Below are positions 1-10,377 of a stretch of DNA of 64,000 bases, piece after piece (positions within the stretch are counted from its first letter, which is position 1; each line of letters opens with the position of its first letter). A model generated the notes under the pieces. The model was given only the letters and a program-made list of their open reading frames with translations. It made no database searches and was not told the DNA's origin. The stretch covers positions 480,001-544,000 of the forward strand of contig CAXXUA010000004.1 in the NCBI GenBank assembly GCA_963663765.2, written 5' to 3'. This DNA comes from Candidatus Poribacteria bacterium. Lineage in GTDB: Bacteria > Poribacteria > WGA-4E > WGA-3G. A program made the translations under genes and the position numbers.

Positions 1-1
1 C

Positions 2-370
2 GAAGAAGGGAACTATCTTGACGTTGTTGAATGGTGGGTGGCACAGATAACGGTGATAAACGTTGAAAATGGAAGCTCCTCAGATGATGATGGACTCTGT
101 GGTGACGAGACAATATGGGGTACAACTTACGGCACATCAGGATGTGGCAATCCGCGAAACGAAAACTCTTGCACACATCCGTATATTGTTGACCATTATA
201 CAATCATGTGGTGTGAAGACTGTAATCAGTACTACCGTTAGTGTTCGCCGCCAGACTACTGTTCAGCTGATCATAGGAATGCATACGAAATTGAATGTTT
301 AGATGCTACACCAAATTGTGATGATTGCTATGATGGAAGGTCAGATTGTACAAATGCAAGTGCCCATTAA
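2..370 (+). pseudogene. 3' part of a Cys-rich protein gene entering from the left edge, with an in-frame TAG at 239-241
   Basis: Frame 2 is open from the window start. After the TAG the Cys-rich sequence continues (CSPPDYCSADHRNAYEIECLDATPNCDDCYDGRSDCTNASAH) to TAA 368-370, followed by a terminator. Confidence 0.5.
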
Positions 371-389
371 AGTCATTCTATCAACAATG

Positions 390-423
390 AGGCAGGTATC
401 CTTTTTGGGTATCTGCCTTTTTT
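390..423 (+). terminator. Intrinsic terminator
   Basis: AGGCAGGTATCC-loop-GGGTATCTGCCT followed by a T-run; near-identical copy at 2340-2373. Confidence 0.75.
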
Positions 424-655
424 CTTCGGAATAAGTTCTTACTGAAATTTTATATAAAACTTAACATACTGATGCGTTGATTTAGAGATTGCATCATTGG
501 ATAACATATAGTTTTATATTTACAATATTTCACAAAGGAGATATATTGGTAACCATATAATTCCTGACCGGGGGATCATCAACCCGTAGCAATTGAACCT
601 TGCCAACAAGACACATTAAGTTCGCAAGGGGACACACAAATAAGGAGGTATTGAC

Positions 656-1192
656 ATGCCAAAACAATTACAGTGGGCAATAGGCGGACTCGCCTTACTT
701 ATAGTCGGTTTCGTGGCATTTCAAATCTATGACCAATTTTATATTCAATTAGGTTTGAAACCACCGCCACAAGGATATGAATATAGATGGGCGGATAAAA
801 ATGTCCCACTCCTAGATGAGAACGGCAACCCTGTTTTACACAAAATCGGGGACCCTTATGTAGATATTGCCATAGAAGTTGGGTTTGCTCCGACGAAAGA
901 AGAATACGAACAACTCAACCAACTCAAAATAGATAAGCTTCAAGCTGAATTCAGAGGTTCGGTAGACAAACTTGCAGTCATTACAGAAGAAATTGAACAA
1001 CTGGAAGCAGCCGTTCAACGCGAACGTCCTGTTCTAAAAACTACTATGTGGATGGGGGAGGAGGGGACATATGATAGAGAACGCACTCGGAGAATGGCGC
1101 GTGAACAGTTGAATGAAGCACTGAGGTCATACAATTTAGAACACTTAATAGAAGAGGGTCCACCAGTACTAATAAAGGATCTACCACGTTAA
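656..1192 (+). CDS. Hypothetical protein with N-terminal membrane anchor
   Basis: 178-aa ORF, strong RBS (AAGGAGG), hydrophobic N-terminal segment; no recognisable family. Confidence 0.7.
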   Translation: MPKQLQWAIGGLALLIVGFVAFQIYDQFYIQLGLKPPPQGYEYRWADKNVPLLDENGNPVLHKIGDPYVDIAIEVGFAPTKEEYEQLNQLKIDKLQAEFRGSVDKLAVITEEIEQLEAAVQRERPVLKTTMWMGEEGTYDRERTRRMAREQLNEALRSYNLEHLIEEGPPVLIKDLPR

Positions 1193-1222
1193 TAACTAAT
1201 TTCATTACTTGGAGGTTTTATC

Positions 1223-2243
1223 ATGAAAACATATAAATGGAGAATTCCATTACTAATCACAGTTTTAGGTTTTATAGTTGTTTTAGTGACTATAAAGAAT
1301 ATAGTGGCACATCAAGAAGCACGTGCATTGTTGGAATTGGGTGATCATGCGGTATCAAATCCTTTTTTTGAGAGCACTACACCAGAAATTACATGCAACA
1401 TTGATGGCAGAACCTTTACTTATGTCCGACAGTTTTACTGTGACGGTATACTAATACGGGATTATTGGCACGATCCAGGTTTAGTTAACCATCCTGAAGT
1501 AACAATGAAATTTGAATTACATGGAGCAGGGTGGCTACGAACGAAAATCTAGGGTAGTTTAGATGGCGAGTTAAAAGGAAATCATAACTTTAGCTCCCCA
1601 AAAAAAGTAGGATGGTGAGTTGCTGTTATTGTACCGGTTCTCGATTTTGTACACAACAAAGAAATTAAGTTATCGTTTGAAGGTAACCTGAAGAAAGATA
1701 CAAAAACGTATCAATGGAGTGCTAATGGAGAGGTAGAGTTAACTCCAATGTATTGGCATCGTAGATTTGGATTACACATAGGTACATCTGCACAGGGTTT
1801 AGCTCTGACCGGTTCGTGGAAAGAAGGAATGGTACAAACTTATACCCCCTTGCCCAATAATCAATCCGTTACAGGATCTTGGGAAGTAAAAACGAAAGAT
1901 GAATTTTCAGACGTTAGCAGTACTGGTGATCCATGTCCAAATGATGCCGAAGAAGATGAGATGGAAGAGGGTGTCTTTGTTAACGATACAAGTTTCGATG
2001 TTTATGAAACCTTAACAGTCACAGGAAAAAGAAAGGACTGCGCCGAGCTAAGTTGACTGTAGGTGGAAATATTGTTGAAACGGTAACCGCGTCAGGGATA
2101 CCGCTACTTTGTCGCATACGTTTTCCTCTCAAGATATTGGATCCGATCAAAATATATGGATTGATATTGTTTACGTGCCCGAAAACTCCGTAAGAGATGT
2201 TATTGCTAGTGAATACTATTATAAGATTATTTCTGTAGAATAA
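1223..2243 (+). pseudogene. Degraded gene for a secreted or membrane-anchored protein
   Basis: ORFs 1223-1552 and 1748-2056 share one frame and are separated by in-frame TAG (1550) and TGA (1616). Coding-like sequence continues in shifted frames to about 2243. RBS GGAGG and a signal-like N-terminus are present. Confidence 0.55.
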
Positions 2244-2339
2244 TCCATTCTACTTTTTAAATAGTTTTAGCACGAGCATTATAACGGGATCCAAGACGGT
2301 CACCACGCGATAGTTGCTTTCCCCTTTTACTTTACTTAC

Positions 2340-2373
2340 AGACAGGTATCCTTATTTGGGTATCTGCCTTTTT
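2340..2373 (+). terminator. Intrinsic terminator (paralog of 390-423)
   Basis: GACAGGTATCC-loop-GGGTATCTGCC plus T-run. Confidence 0.65.
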
Positions 2374-2393
2374 CTTTTTGTGAGTTCCATCAG

Positions 2394-2517
2394 CTTTACG
2401 CGGGCGAGGAGACCTCGCCCCTACGATGTCCACAGTTCCCTTACGTCAAGCAATATTTGATAGAAACTGGACGGACTTCTTTTAATATCAAGCTTTTTAC
2501 AAAAACTTTACACACCC
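2394..2517 (-). mobile_element. Partial MITE sharing the ISKra4-like terminal repeat and containing a GTAG REP
   Basis: Close reverse-complement match to 34636-34757; ends in AAAAACTTTACACACCC. Confidence 0.7.
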
Positions 2518-2523
2518 CCAAAC

Positions 2524-3981
2524 GGGTGTGTAAAGTTTTTGTCACTAAGTGTTATGCGGCTTTTGTGTCTGGATACCAATATCTGTCCCAGGCATTATTC
2601 TTCAACAGACATCTCCAACTTAGAACAGCATTAATACCCGGTTTCTCCCATCTCATAGAAGCTTGTTTACACCTTTGTCCCACAACATGTTTACACGCAC
2701 TCTCAATCACACCACTCCCAACCTGATACCCCTTATCTCTAAACGTTTTATATTGCATCCGTTTCGCGTGTTTTTCAAAATAACCTGTTTCTCTTACTAA
2801 AATCTCACAAACGTCTGGGTGCTGTGTGGCTAAAGCACGGATACGTGAGACAACTTCTGGAATGTTGCCATCAAAAAGAAAGGGTTCTGTCTCTGTGACC
2901 CAAGTTTCTACGTCTTCTGTTTCTGTCTCACCAAAGGCAACTTTAGCCACATCATAAAGATGTGATTTGGCATGCATGTAATCCACAATCTCTACAGCAT
3001 TCGGGAAGTATTCAGCCGCTAAGTTCCATATCCACGCCGCTCCATCTCCGATAAACACGACCTCTTGCGTGCCTATATCTTCTTGATAGATGCCGCTCTG
3101 CGTTGCTAACTTATACAACGCTTTACCGAAATGAGCAGCATTCTCACGCTCCGCAACATAACGAATGCTTGGTGTTCTCGCACTCGGTGTCGCACCAGAA
3201 CTATTTGGAGGTTGTGGATAATCTCTATAAATACAACCAACTTTGGTTTCTTTCCACCCCTCTTGTGAGTTGGTGTGGCATCCATCACAACTCACATACC
3301 AACGCTGATTTGCCTCAAGTTTTTGTGTTTCCACTTGTTGTGAATCCCGCAACGCTTTTGACCATTCACGCACATTTTGATTGAGGGTCGTATGACTGAC
3401 TTCTATCCCTTGACGAAACAACTCCTCTGCTGCCTCCCTGAAGTCAAGACGCGCAGACATACGACACATCACTTCAGCTACACGATGTGTGTATTGACCT
3501 TTCAACTTTTCTTTCGTATCCCACGGAAAATGATAATGACCCGAAGCACAACGATACACCCAACGGTCAACACGAATAACACCACATAGCGTCGTAATAC
3601 GGCGTTCTCTTTTACGATACGGACGACACGCTTGTTGACATTGTGGACATTCAACAGATCCAGAAACTTGTTCAACGGAATGTTTGAGAACACCCATTTC
3701 TAACATCATTTGACCTAACGAACGCATCGTCTCTAAGGCTATTATCTCCATAGCGTCTACATAAAGACTGTCTGAACTAAGGGTGTGTAAAACATTATTG
3801 ATCTTTTCTACAAAATGGATTGCATCTTCTCTAAACTCTTCGACTTCACAACTTGCTAATGATATACTAAACATTGGTATCCTCTCTGATAAAAAAGTGT
3901 TTTTTAGAAGGATACCATTTAACCTAATACTAAGCAAGATCTGTATTCAGTACATTCTTGTGACAAAAACTTTACACACCC
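2524..3981 (-). mobile_element. ISKra4/ISLre2-like insertion sequence
   Basis: Terminal inverted repeats GGGTGTGTAAAGTTTTTGTCAC / GTGACAAAAACTTTACACACCC; flanking direct repeat CCCCAAAC (2516-2523 and 3982-3989); internal transposase. Confidence 0.9.
2552..3874 (-). CDS. ISKra4-family (UPF0236-like) DDE transposase
   Basis: Motifs CDG, FIGDGAAWIW, VDYMHA, GSGVIESACKHVVGQRCKQASMRW and an N-terminal CPQC zinc motif. ATG 3874 has an RBS; the ORF is open to 3937. Confidence 0.88.
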   Translation of the reverse strand: MFSISLASCEVEEFREDAIHFVEKINNVLHTLSSDSLYVDAMEIIALETMRSLGQMMLEMGVLKHSVEQVSGSVECPQCQQACRPYRKRERRITTLCGVIRVDRWVYRCASGHYHFPWDTKEKLKGQYTHRVAEVMCRMSARLDFREAAEELFRQGIEVSHTTLNQNVREWSKALRDSQQVETQKLEANQRWYVSCDGCHTNSQEGWKETKVGCIYRDYPQPPNSSGATPSARTPSIRYVAERENAAHFGKALYKLATQSGIYQEDIGTQEVVFIGDGAAWIWNLAAEYFPNAVEIVDYMHAKSHLYDVAKVAFGETETEDVETWVTETEPFLFDGNIPEVVSRIRALATQHPDVCEILVRETGYFEKHAKRMQYKTFRDKGYQVGSGVIESACKHVVGQRCKQASMRWEKPGINAVLSWRCLLKNNAWDRYWYPDTKAA

Positions 3982-4054
3982 CCCCAAACTGATTCCTTGA
4001 ATTTAATAGTACTTTATAGTATGATATTCACAACCTGAATAAAGGAGAGAATAC

Positions 4055-5560
4055 ATGAGCTTATTAGGTATAGACGTTGGCACAACAGGATGTAAAGTGA
4101 TCGCATTCCGAGAGGATGGTGAGATCCTTGCACAAGCGTATGGTGAATATCCTTTGATACATCCACAACCGGGTTGGTCTGAACTGGATTCCAACATAGT
4201 TTGGGAAAATGTATCAAACGGTATACGTGAAGTCGCAGTACAAACAAAATCGGAGCCAATTGAAGCAATCAGTGTTGCATCACAAGGAGAAGCGGTCACA
4301 CCTGTGTGGGGTAACTGTGACGTATTAGCAAATGCTATAACCACTTTTGATTCACGCACGACAGGAATCTGTGATGAAATCCTACAAGGAATAAGTCCAA
4401 TTGAAGTGATGCAAATCACAGGAATGCCGCCAAGCGATATACATACACTTGCGAAACTGGTCTGGATACAGCGGAACGACCCAGATTTGTATAAAGAGGT
4501 ATGGAAGTTTTTCGGTTATGAGGATTTCATTAATTTCAGGTTAGGTGTGCAACCAGTTGTTGACTATTCTCTCGCAGCTCGAACCATGGCATTTGATATT
4601 ATTGAAAAATGTTGGTCAGAAAGAATGCTCGGATTGGCAAATGTGGATGTCTCCATCTTACCTGACACAGTCCCTTCAGGAACTATCATAGGAGAAATTG
4701 GCACTAAAGTATCAGGAGAACTCAATCTACCGAAAGGCGTTGTTGTTGTTGCGGGAGGGCATGACCAACCTTGTGGTGCGTTAGGTGCCGGCATTATTCG
4801 CGGTGGAGAAGTTATGGACGCTACCGGCACGGTGGAATGTATTGCACCTGCATTTCCTGAACCTGTGGCAAATCAACAGATGATAGATGGTAACTTTTCT
4901 TGCTATCCTCATGTGGTTGAAGGACTCTATGTTACATTAGGATTTGTCTCAAGTGGTGGCGTTGTACTTCGATGGTTTCGTGATACTTTAGCACAAGCAG
5001 AATTAGCCGAAGCTGAAACGTCAGGACAGGATATATACGATATACTCCTTGATGATATTCCGGATACACCCGGTACAGCCATGTTACTTCCGCACTTTAC
5101 AGGTTCTGGTACACCCCATCTTGATTTAGGTTCTAAAGGGGCAATAATAGGACTGTCGCTTTCTACCACCAAAGGTGAACTCGTCAAGTCTATACTTGAA
5201 GGTATCAGTTATGAAATTAAGCAAAATCTGACGATGTTAGAAGCAGCAGGAGTAGAGATCAATGAAATTCGTGCCATCGGTGGCGGCGCGAAATCTGAAA
5301 AATGGCTGCAATTAAAAGCAGATATGTTCGGGAAAAAAGTCATTGCACTTGACATATCAGAAGGTGTTTGCTTGGGTACAGCAATTCTCTCAGGAACAGC
5401 AATTGGGAAGTATAACTCAATTGAGGAGGCAGTTGACCTGTTGGTGAAACCACAAAAGACCTACTATCCACGTGAGGACATTTCACAAGAGTATGATGAG
5501 AAATTAAAGACGTATGAACAGATATATCCTGCACTGCGTGATATAAACAATCAACTGTAA
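4055..5560 (+). CDS. FGGY-family carbohydrate kinase (xylulokinase-like)
   Basis: GIDVGTTGCK, GGHDQ, GGGAKS motifs; 501 aa. Confidence 0.9.
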   Translation: MSLLGIDVGTTGCKVIAFREDGEILAQAYGEYPLIHPQPGWSELDSNIVWENVSNGIREVAVQTKSEPIEAISVASQGEAVTPVWGNCDVLANAITTFDSRTTGICDEILQGISPIEVMQITGMPPSDIHTLAKLVWIQRNDPDLYKEVWKFFGYEDFINFRLGVQPVVDYSLAARTMAFDIIEKCWSERMLGLANVDVSILPDTVPSGTIIGEIGTKVSGELNLPKGVVVVAGGHDQPCGALGAGIIRGGEVMDATGTVECIAPAFPEPVANQQMIDGNFSCYPHVVEGLYVTLGFVSSGGVVLRWFRDTLAQAELAEAETSGQDIYDILLDDIPDTPGTAMLLPHFTGSGTPHLDLGSKGAIIGLSLSTTKGELVKSILEGISYEIKQNLTMLEAAGVEINEIRAIGGGAKSEKWLQLKADMFGKKVIALDISEGVCLGTAILSGTAIGKYNSIEEAVDLLVKPQKTYYPREDISQEYDEKLKTYEQIYPALRDINNQL

Positions 5561-5701
5561 TTGTTTCATTCTTTTGAGTTCTGATTCGGTGGGAAGTTTC
5601 TTGACAGCTCAACTCTATTTAAGGTATACTTGTTCAGAAAGTTAATATACATCGTATAAGAATCTTAACTTACCTTTCATGCTATTCTGGAGTTAGGAAA
5701 A

Positions 5702-7249
5702 ATGAGAAGCCAGAAAACTCTAATAATTATCTCATTTCTTTTCATCGTCTGCATATTCAATAGCAGTCTATTGTATGCAGAAGAATCCGCTTTGGTCTAT
5801 GTTATTGACATCCGCACTGAAATTGGAGGTGGTGTCCATACTTACATTAAGAAAGGTATCCAAAAAGCAGAGGATATGAAGGCAGATGTGATTATATTTG
5901 ATATTGATACACCTGGTGGAAAAGTTGACTCAGCTGTAAAAATTGTGAGATCCATTCAAGACACGAAAATTCCTACGATTGCTTTCGTAAACAAGCAAGC
6001 GATTTCTGCCGGTGCGATGATTTCTACTACATGCACCCAAATTGTAATGACATCCGGATCAACTATCGGTGATGTTGCACCTGTAGACATTCAAGGAAAC
6101 GAAGCAGGTGAAAAAATAATCTCATATATTAGAACAACCTTTCGGTCAATTGTTGAGGATCAGCAGATAAGTCCAAGAAATCCTGATATAGTAGAGGCAA
6201 TGGTAGACAAGAAACTTGTACTTGTTAGATTAGAAAATGGTGATATAATAAAGTTGCGACCTGAAGAGTACTATAATGCACAAGAAACCGGAGAACAAAT
6301 GCAAGTGTTGTGTGCGGAAGGAGAACTGCTGACACTAACAACTCGGCAAGCTCTTGAATATAAATTCGCTGAAGCTCAAGCAGAAACAATGAAAGAACTC
6401 TTGTCAAAATACCAAATAATTCAGGTCGGACGTAGTTATCTTAAAGATGACAATGATGTCGTTACAATGGCACTGACAGAGGAAGACTTTCTTAGTAAAC
6501 AGGAAGAACTCGGTATTGCACAAGTAAAAGTTATTAAGACATTGGAAAATGCTAAGATTTCTAAATTTGTAGTTACACTGGCAGACCGTCTCGTATTTTT
6601 TATCACAAGTCCTTACATCAGTGCATTGCTTCTTTCTCTTGGTGGACTCGGGCTCCTTGTAGAGATTCGCACGCCTGGATTCGGAATTCCAGGTATGCTC
6701 GGAATGCTATTCATCGGTCTGTTCTTTGGTGGACATATGCTAAACCAGATTCCTCATCCTTGGATGCCGGTTATCTTTGTAATCGGGTTGGCATTCATAG
6801 TGTTAGAAGTGTTTGTAATTCCAGGCTTTGGCATTGCAGGAATTCTCGGTTTGGTCTTTATGTTAGGTAGTGTCTTCTATGTGTTTTTTCAAAGCACAGA
6901 CGACATAGCAACTGCGTTGTTATGGCTTTCTATCTCAGTGATCTTGACATCAATATTAGGTATACTCACAACAATCTACCTTCCGAAATCCACACCATTT
7001 CAAAGGTTCGCTCTGTCCACAGTGATGAGTACTGACGAAGGATATCATTCCGCTGGAACTGAAGATTTTCAAAGTTTTCTCGGAAAAACTGGGGTCGCTT
7101 TAACTCCATTACGTCCTGCCGGTACAGCAAGAATTGATAATAAACGTCTGGATGTTGTCACAGTGGGTGACTTCATTGCACAGAATTCCCCTGTAAGAGT
7201 TCTTGAGGTTGAGGGTTCTAAGGTTTCTGTTGAAGCACTTGAAGAATAA
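5702..7249 (+). CDS. nfeD: Long NfeD protein (ClpP-like S49 domain, membrane domain, OB fold)
   Basis: IDTPGG, AISAGA, EIRTPGFG and C-terminal TPLRPAG...VEGSKV motifs. Confidence 0.9.
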   Translation: MRSQKTLIIISFLFIVCIFNSSLLYAEESALVYVIDIRTEIGGGVHTYIKKGIQKAEDMKADVIIFDIDTPGGKVDSAVKIVRSIQDTKIPTIAFVNKQAISAGAMISTTCTQIVMTSGSTIGDVAPVDIQGNEAGEKIISYIRTTFRSIVEDQQISPRNPDIVEAMVDKKLVLVRLENGDIIKLRPEEYYNAQETGEQMQVLCAEGELLTLTTRQALEYKFAEAQAETMKELLSKYQIIQVGRSYLKDDNDVVTMALTEEDFLSKQEELGIAQVKVIKTLENAKISKFVVTLADRLVFFITSPYISALLLSLGGLGLLVEIRTPGFGIPGMLGMLFIGLFFGGHMLNQIPHPWMPVIFVIGLAFIVLEVFVIPGFGIAGILGLVFMLGSVFYVFFQSTDDIATALLWLSISVILTSILGILTTIYLPKSTPFQRFALSTVMSTDEGYHSAGTEDFQSFLGKTGVALTPLRPAGTARIDNKRLDVVTVGDFIAQNSPVRVLEVEGSKVSVEALEE

Positions 7250-7281
7250 AACTAAACATAAAACGTCTGGAGGAAATAGCA

Positions 7282-7764
7282 ATGTTGTGGGTTCCAACTA
7301 TTCTGATTGCAATCGGAATTCTACTAATATTTGTTGAGGTTTTAATTCTACCTGGATTTGGTGCTGCCGGTATACCAGGTCTTCTAATTTTCTTGGTTGG
7401 TATCGGTATGATATGGGCAGAATCTGGGTACGTTACTGCTCTCATCTATGCAAGTGTTGCTCTCGTTTTCGTTATTCCGATGTCAATCATAGGATTAAAT
7501 CTGCTTAAAGACTCATCCATTGGTAAAAGTCTCATACTCAGTGCTTCAGAAAATTCTGAAAAAGGTTTTCAAGCAGCCCCACAGGAACTAAAAGCACTCG
7601 TAGGAAAATCAGGGAAAACTGTAACACCGTTGCGTCCTGCTGGTGTTGCTAACATCAACGGTCAACGTGTAGATATCGTTACGCAAGGGGAGTTTGTAGC
7701 ACCAGAAACTGAGGTAGAAGTTATTCTGGTGGAAGGGAGTCGTGTCGTCGTCCGAAGTTTGTAA
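7282..7764 (+). CDS. nfeD: Short NfeD protein (membrane domain plus OB fold)
   Basis: EVLILPGFG and TPLRPAG...VEGSRVVV. Confidence 0.85.
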   Translation: MLWVPTILIAIGILLIFVEVLILPGFGAAGIPGLLIFLVGIGMIWAESGYVTALIYASVALVFVIPMSIIGLNLLKDSSIGKSLILSASENSEKGFQAAPQELKALVGKSGKTVTPLRPAGVANINGQRVDIVTQGEFVAPETEVEVILVEGSRVVVRSL

Positions 7765-7824
7765 AATCAAGGAAAAAAGAGTTGTTATTCATTTTAATAT
7801 ACACAAATTAAAAGGAGATCTGAT

Positions 7825-8745
7825 ATGGGAGAATTTACGTCAGTAACATTTCCAATCATTGCTGTCATTGTTCTCATTGGTATCTTTATATTCTTTTGGT
7901 TCGTCCCAGTTGGGTTGTGGATTGCTGCGATTGCAGCGGGTGCACCCCTTCGCATTTCTGAACTCATCGGAATGCGGTTAAGACGAGTCAACCCAAATGT
8001 CATAGTCAAAGCGTTAATTAGTGGCCACAAAGCGGGATTGAAAGTAGTAACTAACGAATTAGAGGCACACTATCTCGCGGGAGGGAATATACTAAATGTT
8101 GTCAGCGCACTTATTGCAGCTGATAAAGCAAAAATTGACCTTACTTTTCAAAGAGCATCGGCGATTGACCTTGCAGGTAGAGATGTCTTTGAAGCGGTTC
8201 AAGTCAGTGTAAATCCGCGTGTCATTACAACACCAAGGATCAGTGCACTTGCACTTGATGGTGTTGAACTCATTGCGACCGTTCGCATTACAGTACGAAC
8301 CAATATCAATAGACTCGTTGGGGGGGCAGGTGAAGATACCATCATTGCACGAGTAGGTGAAGGGATTATCAGTGCTATCGGTGCATCTGAAACTTATGAA
8401 GATGTTCTTGAGAATCCAGACATTATCTCTAAAACCGTGTTGGATCGCGGTCTTGATGCTGGTACTGCTTTTGAGATTCTATCCATTGATATCGCAGATG
8501 TAAATGTTGGTAAAAACATCGGTGCAGAACTACAGGCAGAACAAGCAGAAGCGGATCTTGTAGTCGCTCAAGCAAAAGCGGAAGAACGCCGTGCGCTCGC
8601 AGTTGCTCGAAAACAACAGATGACAGCAAACGTGCAGGAGATGCGTGCAAAAGTTGTTGAAGCTGAAGCAACTGTACCGCGAGCATTAGCTGCTGCTTTC
8701 CGTGAAGGAAATTTAAATATCACACCATTCAGAGAAGGAGAATAA
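7825..8745 (+). CDS. floA: Flotillin-like FloA/YqfA protein, copy 1
   Basis: [44 protein letters not shown]. Confidence 0.9.
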   Translation: MGEFTSVTFPIIAVIVLIGIFIFFWFVPVGLWIAAIAAGAPLRISELIGMRLRRVNPNVIVKALISGHKAGLKVVTNELEAHYLAGGNILNVVSALIAADKAKIDLTFQRASAIDLAGRDVFEAVQVSVNPRVITTPRISALALDGVELIATVRITVRTNINRLVGGAGEDTIIARVGEGIISAIGASETYEDVLENPDIISKTVLDRGLDAGTAFEILSIDIADVNVGKNIGAELQAEQAEADLVVAQAKAEERRALAVARKQQMTANVQEMRAKVVEAEATVPRALAAAFREGNLNITPFREGE

Positions 8746-8747
8746 AT

Positions 8748-9779
8748 ATGTTTCCAGTTATTCCCGCAATAATTGCTGTTTGTATACTGCTATTTATTAT
8801 CGTTATTGCATGGTTCGTACCACTCGGATTGTGGATTACTGCAATAGCTGCAGGTGTTAAAGTAGGGATTTTCGATCTCGTCGCGATGCGTCTTCGTCGC
8901 GTACCACCTTCTGGTATTGTTGAACCACAGATTAACGCGACAAAAGCAGGATTGAGTCTCTCACTTGATGAACTTGAAGCACATTTCCTTGCTGGTGGAC
9001 GTGTTGGAAGCGTTGTGGCTGCACTCATCGCTGCTGATAAAGCTAACATCCAACTTGGGTTTGCACAAGCAGCTGCCATTGATCTGGCAGGTAGGGATGT
9101 CTTACAGGCTGTACAAGTTAGCGTTACCCCGGAGATCATTGATATACCAAGTAGAGAAGACCCAAATACTGGAATCACGGCAGTTGCACGCGATGGAATC
9201 CAATTGATTGTAAAAGCACGTGTCACCGTGAGAGCAAATATTGACCGTCTTGTTGGCGGTGCGACTGAAGAAACGATCCGCGCAAGAGTCGGGGAAGGTA
9301 TTATCACTACGATCGGTTCTTCAGGAAATCATAAGCAGGTATTGGAGAATCCAGTTAGAATCTCTGAAACAGTGCTTGAAAAGGGACTTGAAGCAGGCAC
9401 AGCTTTTGAAATTCTCTCAATTGATATTGCGGACATCAACGTAGGTGAGAACGTCGGTGCAAAACTGCAAACTGATCAAGCACAAGCTGAACTGAAGATT
9501 GCACGCGCAAAAGCAGAGGAGCAACGTGCCAGAGCAGAAGCTGAAGAAGAAGAAAACAAGGCTCTTGTAGAAGAGATGACTATCAAACTAATTGAAGCAG
9601 AAGCAGAAATTCCTCTTTCTATATCTGATTCATTTAATTCCGAAAGAATGAGCGTCATGGATTATTACACGCTTCGTAATATCTTAGCTGATACAGAGAT
9701 GCGTCAGTCTATTGCATCACCTGGTGATACAACTGATTCTGACACAACTCGTTCAACACACTCATTAGGATTGTCGTAA
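8748..9779 (+). CDS. floA: Flotillin-like FloA/YqfA protein, copy 2
   Basis: Same FloA motifs, plus the C-terminal VMDYY...[12 protein letters not shown] motif. Confidence 0.9.
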   Translation: MFPVIPAIIAVCILLFIIVIAWFVPLGLWITAIAAGVKVGIFDLVAMRLRRVPPSGIVEPQINATKAGLSLSLDELEAHFLAGGRVGSVVAALIAADKANIQLGFAQAAAIDLAGRDVLQAVQVSVTPEIIDIPSREDPNTGITAVARDGIQLIVKARVTVRANIDRLVGGATEETIRARVGEGIITTIGSSGNHKQVLENPVRISETVLEKGLEAGTAFEILSIDIADINVGENVGAKLQTDQAQAELKIARAKAEEQRARAEAEEEENKALVEEMTIKLIEAEAEIPLSISDSFNSERMSVMDYYTLRNILADTEMRQSIASPGDTTDSDTTRSTHSLGLS

Positions 9780-9800
9780 TCTCTACTAAAGGAGAATAAG

Positions 9801-10265
9801 ATGGATCTTGATCTTCAGACATTAATACCGATAATTCTTGCAATTCTATTCATTGTCTTCGGTGGTTCACGTCGTCGCAAACCTGAGCAGCGACCACAAC
9901 CACAACCTGGTAACAACACAGAAGCGGATGTACAACCCGATGGTGATGTCGTGTTCCCTCCTTTCATGGAGAGTTTTGACAATTTTCCAGCAGAAAATGA
10001 GATGTCTCAAGAGGTAGTAGAGACCAACGAAGCGGAAATATCCGCAGTAACACAGGAAGTTGTACCAGATACTCCTCAAGAAACAATTCCAGAGAGAAAG
10101 CAAAGTGAACCACCTCCGGTGCCAGTGGATTCTCCAACAAGGTTACCCATAAAGTCGATACCTTTAACTTCACTGATTGATCCATCACCAGAGACTTTTC
10201 GTCAAGGTATAATTCTTGCTGAAATACTTGGTCGTCCCAAGACGCTTCGCAATAAGCGACGTTAA
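9801..10265 (+). CDS. YqfB-like membrane-anchored protein of floA operons
   Basis: N-terminal TM, low-complexity middle, C-terminal RQGIILAEILGRPK; position after floA. Confidence 0.7.
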   Translation: MDLDLQTLIPIILAILFIVFGGSRRRKPEQRPQPQPGNNTEADVQPDGDVVFPPFMESFDNFPAENEMSQEVVETNEAEISAVTQEVVPDTPQETIPERKQSEPPPVPVDSPTRLPIKSIPLTSLIDPSPETFRQGIILAEILGRPKTLRNKRR

Positions 10266-10377
10266 TTATAGATTCTGTTTTTTTACGTAGTTTTCAAAAT
10301 TGACTTGATTCCACATATTTGAATTATATTTGGAATCAAGTCAATTTATATTGTTCCTCTTCCTTACCAACAATCTT

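Noticed and set aside
560-645. Riboswitch-like leader before ORF 656
   Set aside because: Some pairing is possible (CCTTGC/GCAAGG), but I recognise no family motif.
239-1618. Genetic-code reassignment or pyrrolysine/selenocysteine readthrough
   Set aside because: TAG and TGA terminate many intact genes in the window, and accompanying frameshifts point to decay.
8729-9307. 192-aa antisense ORF, and the many other short overlapping ORFs in the track
   Set aside because: These are shadows of well-supported genes on the opposite strand or in another frame.
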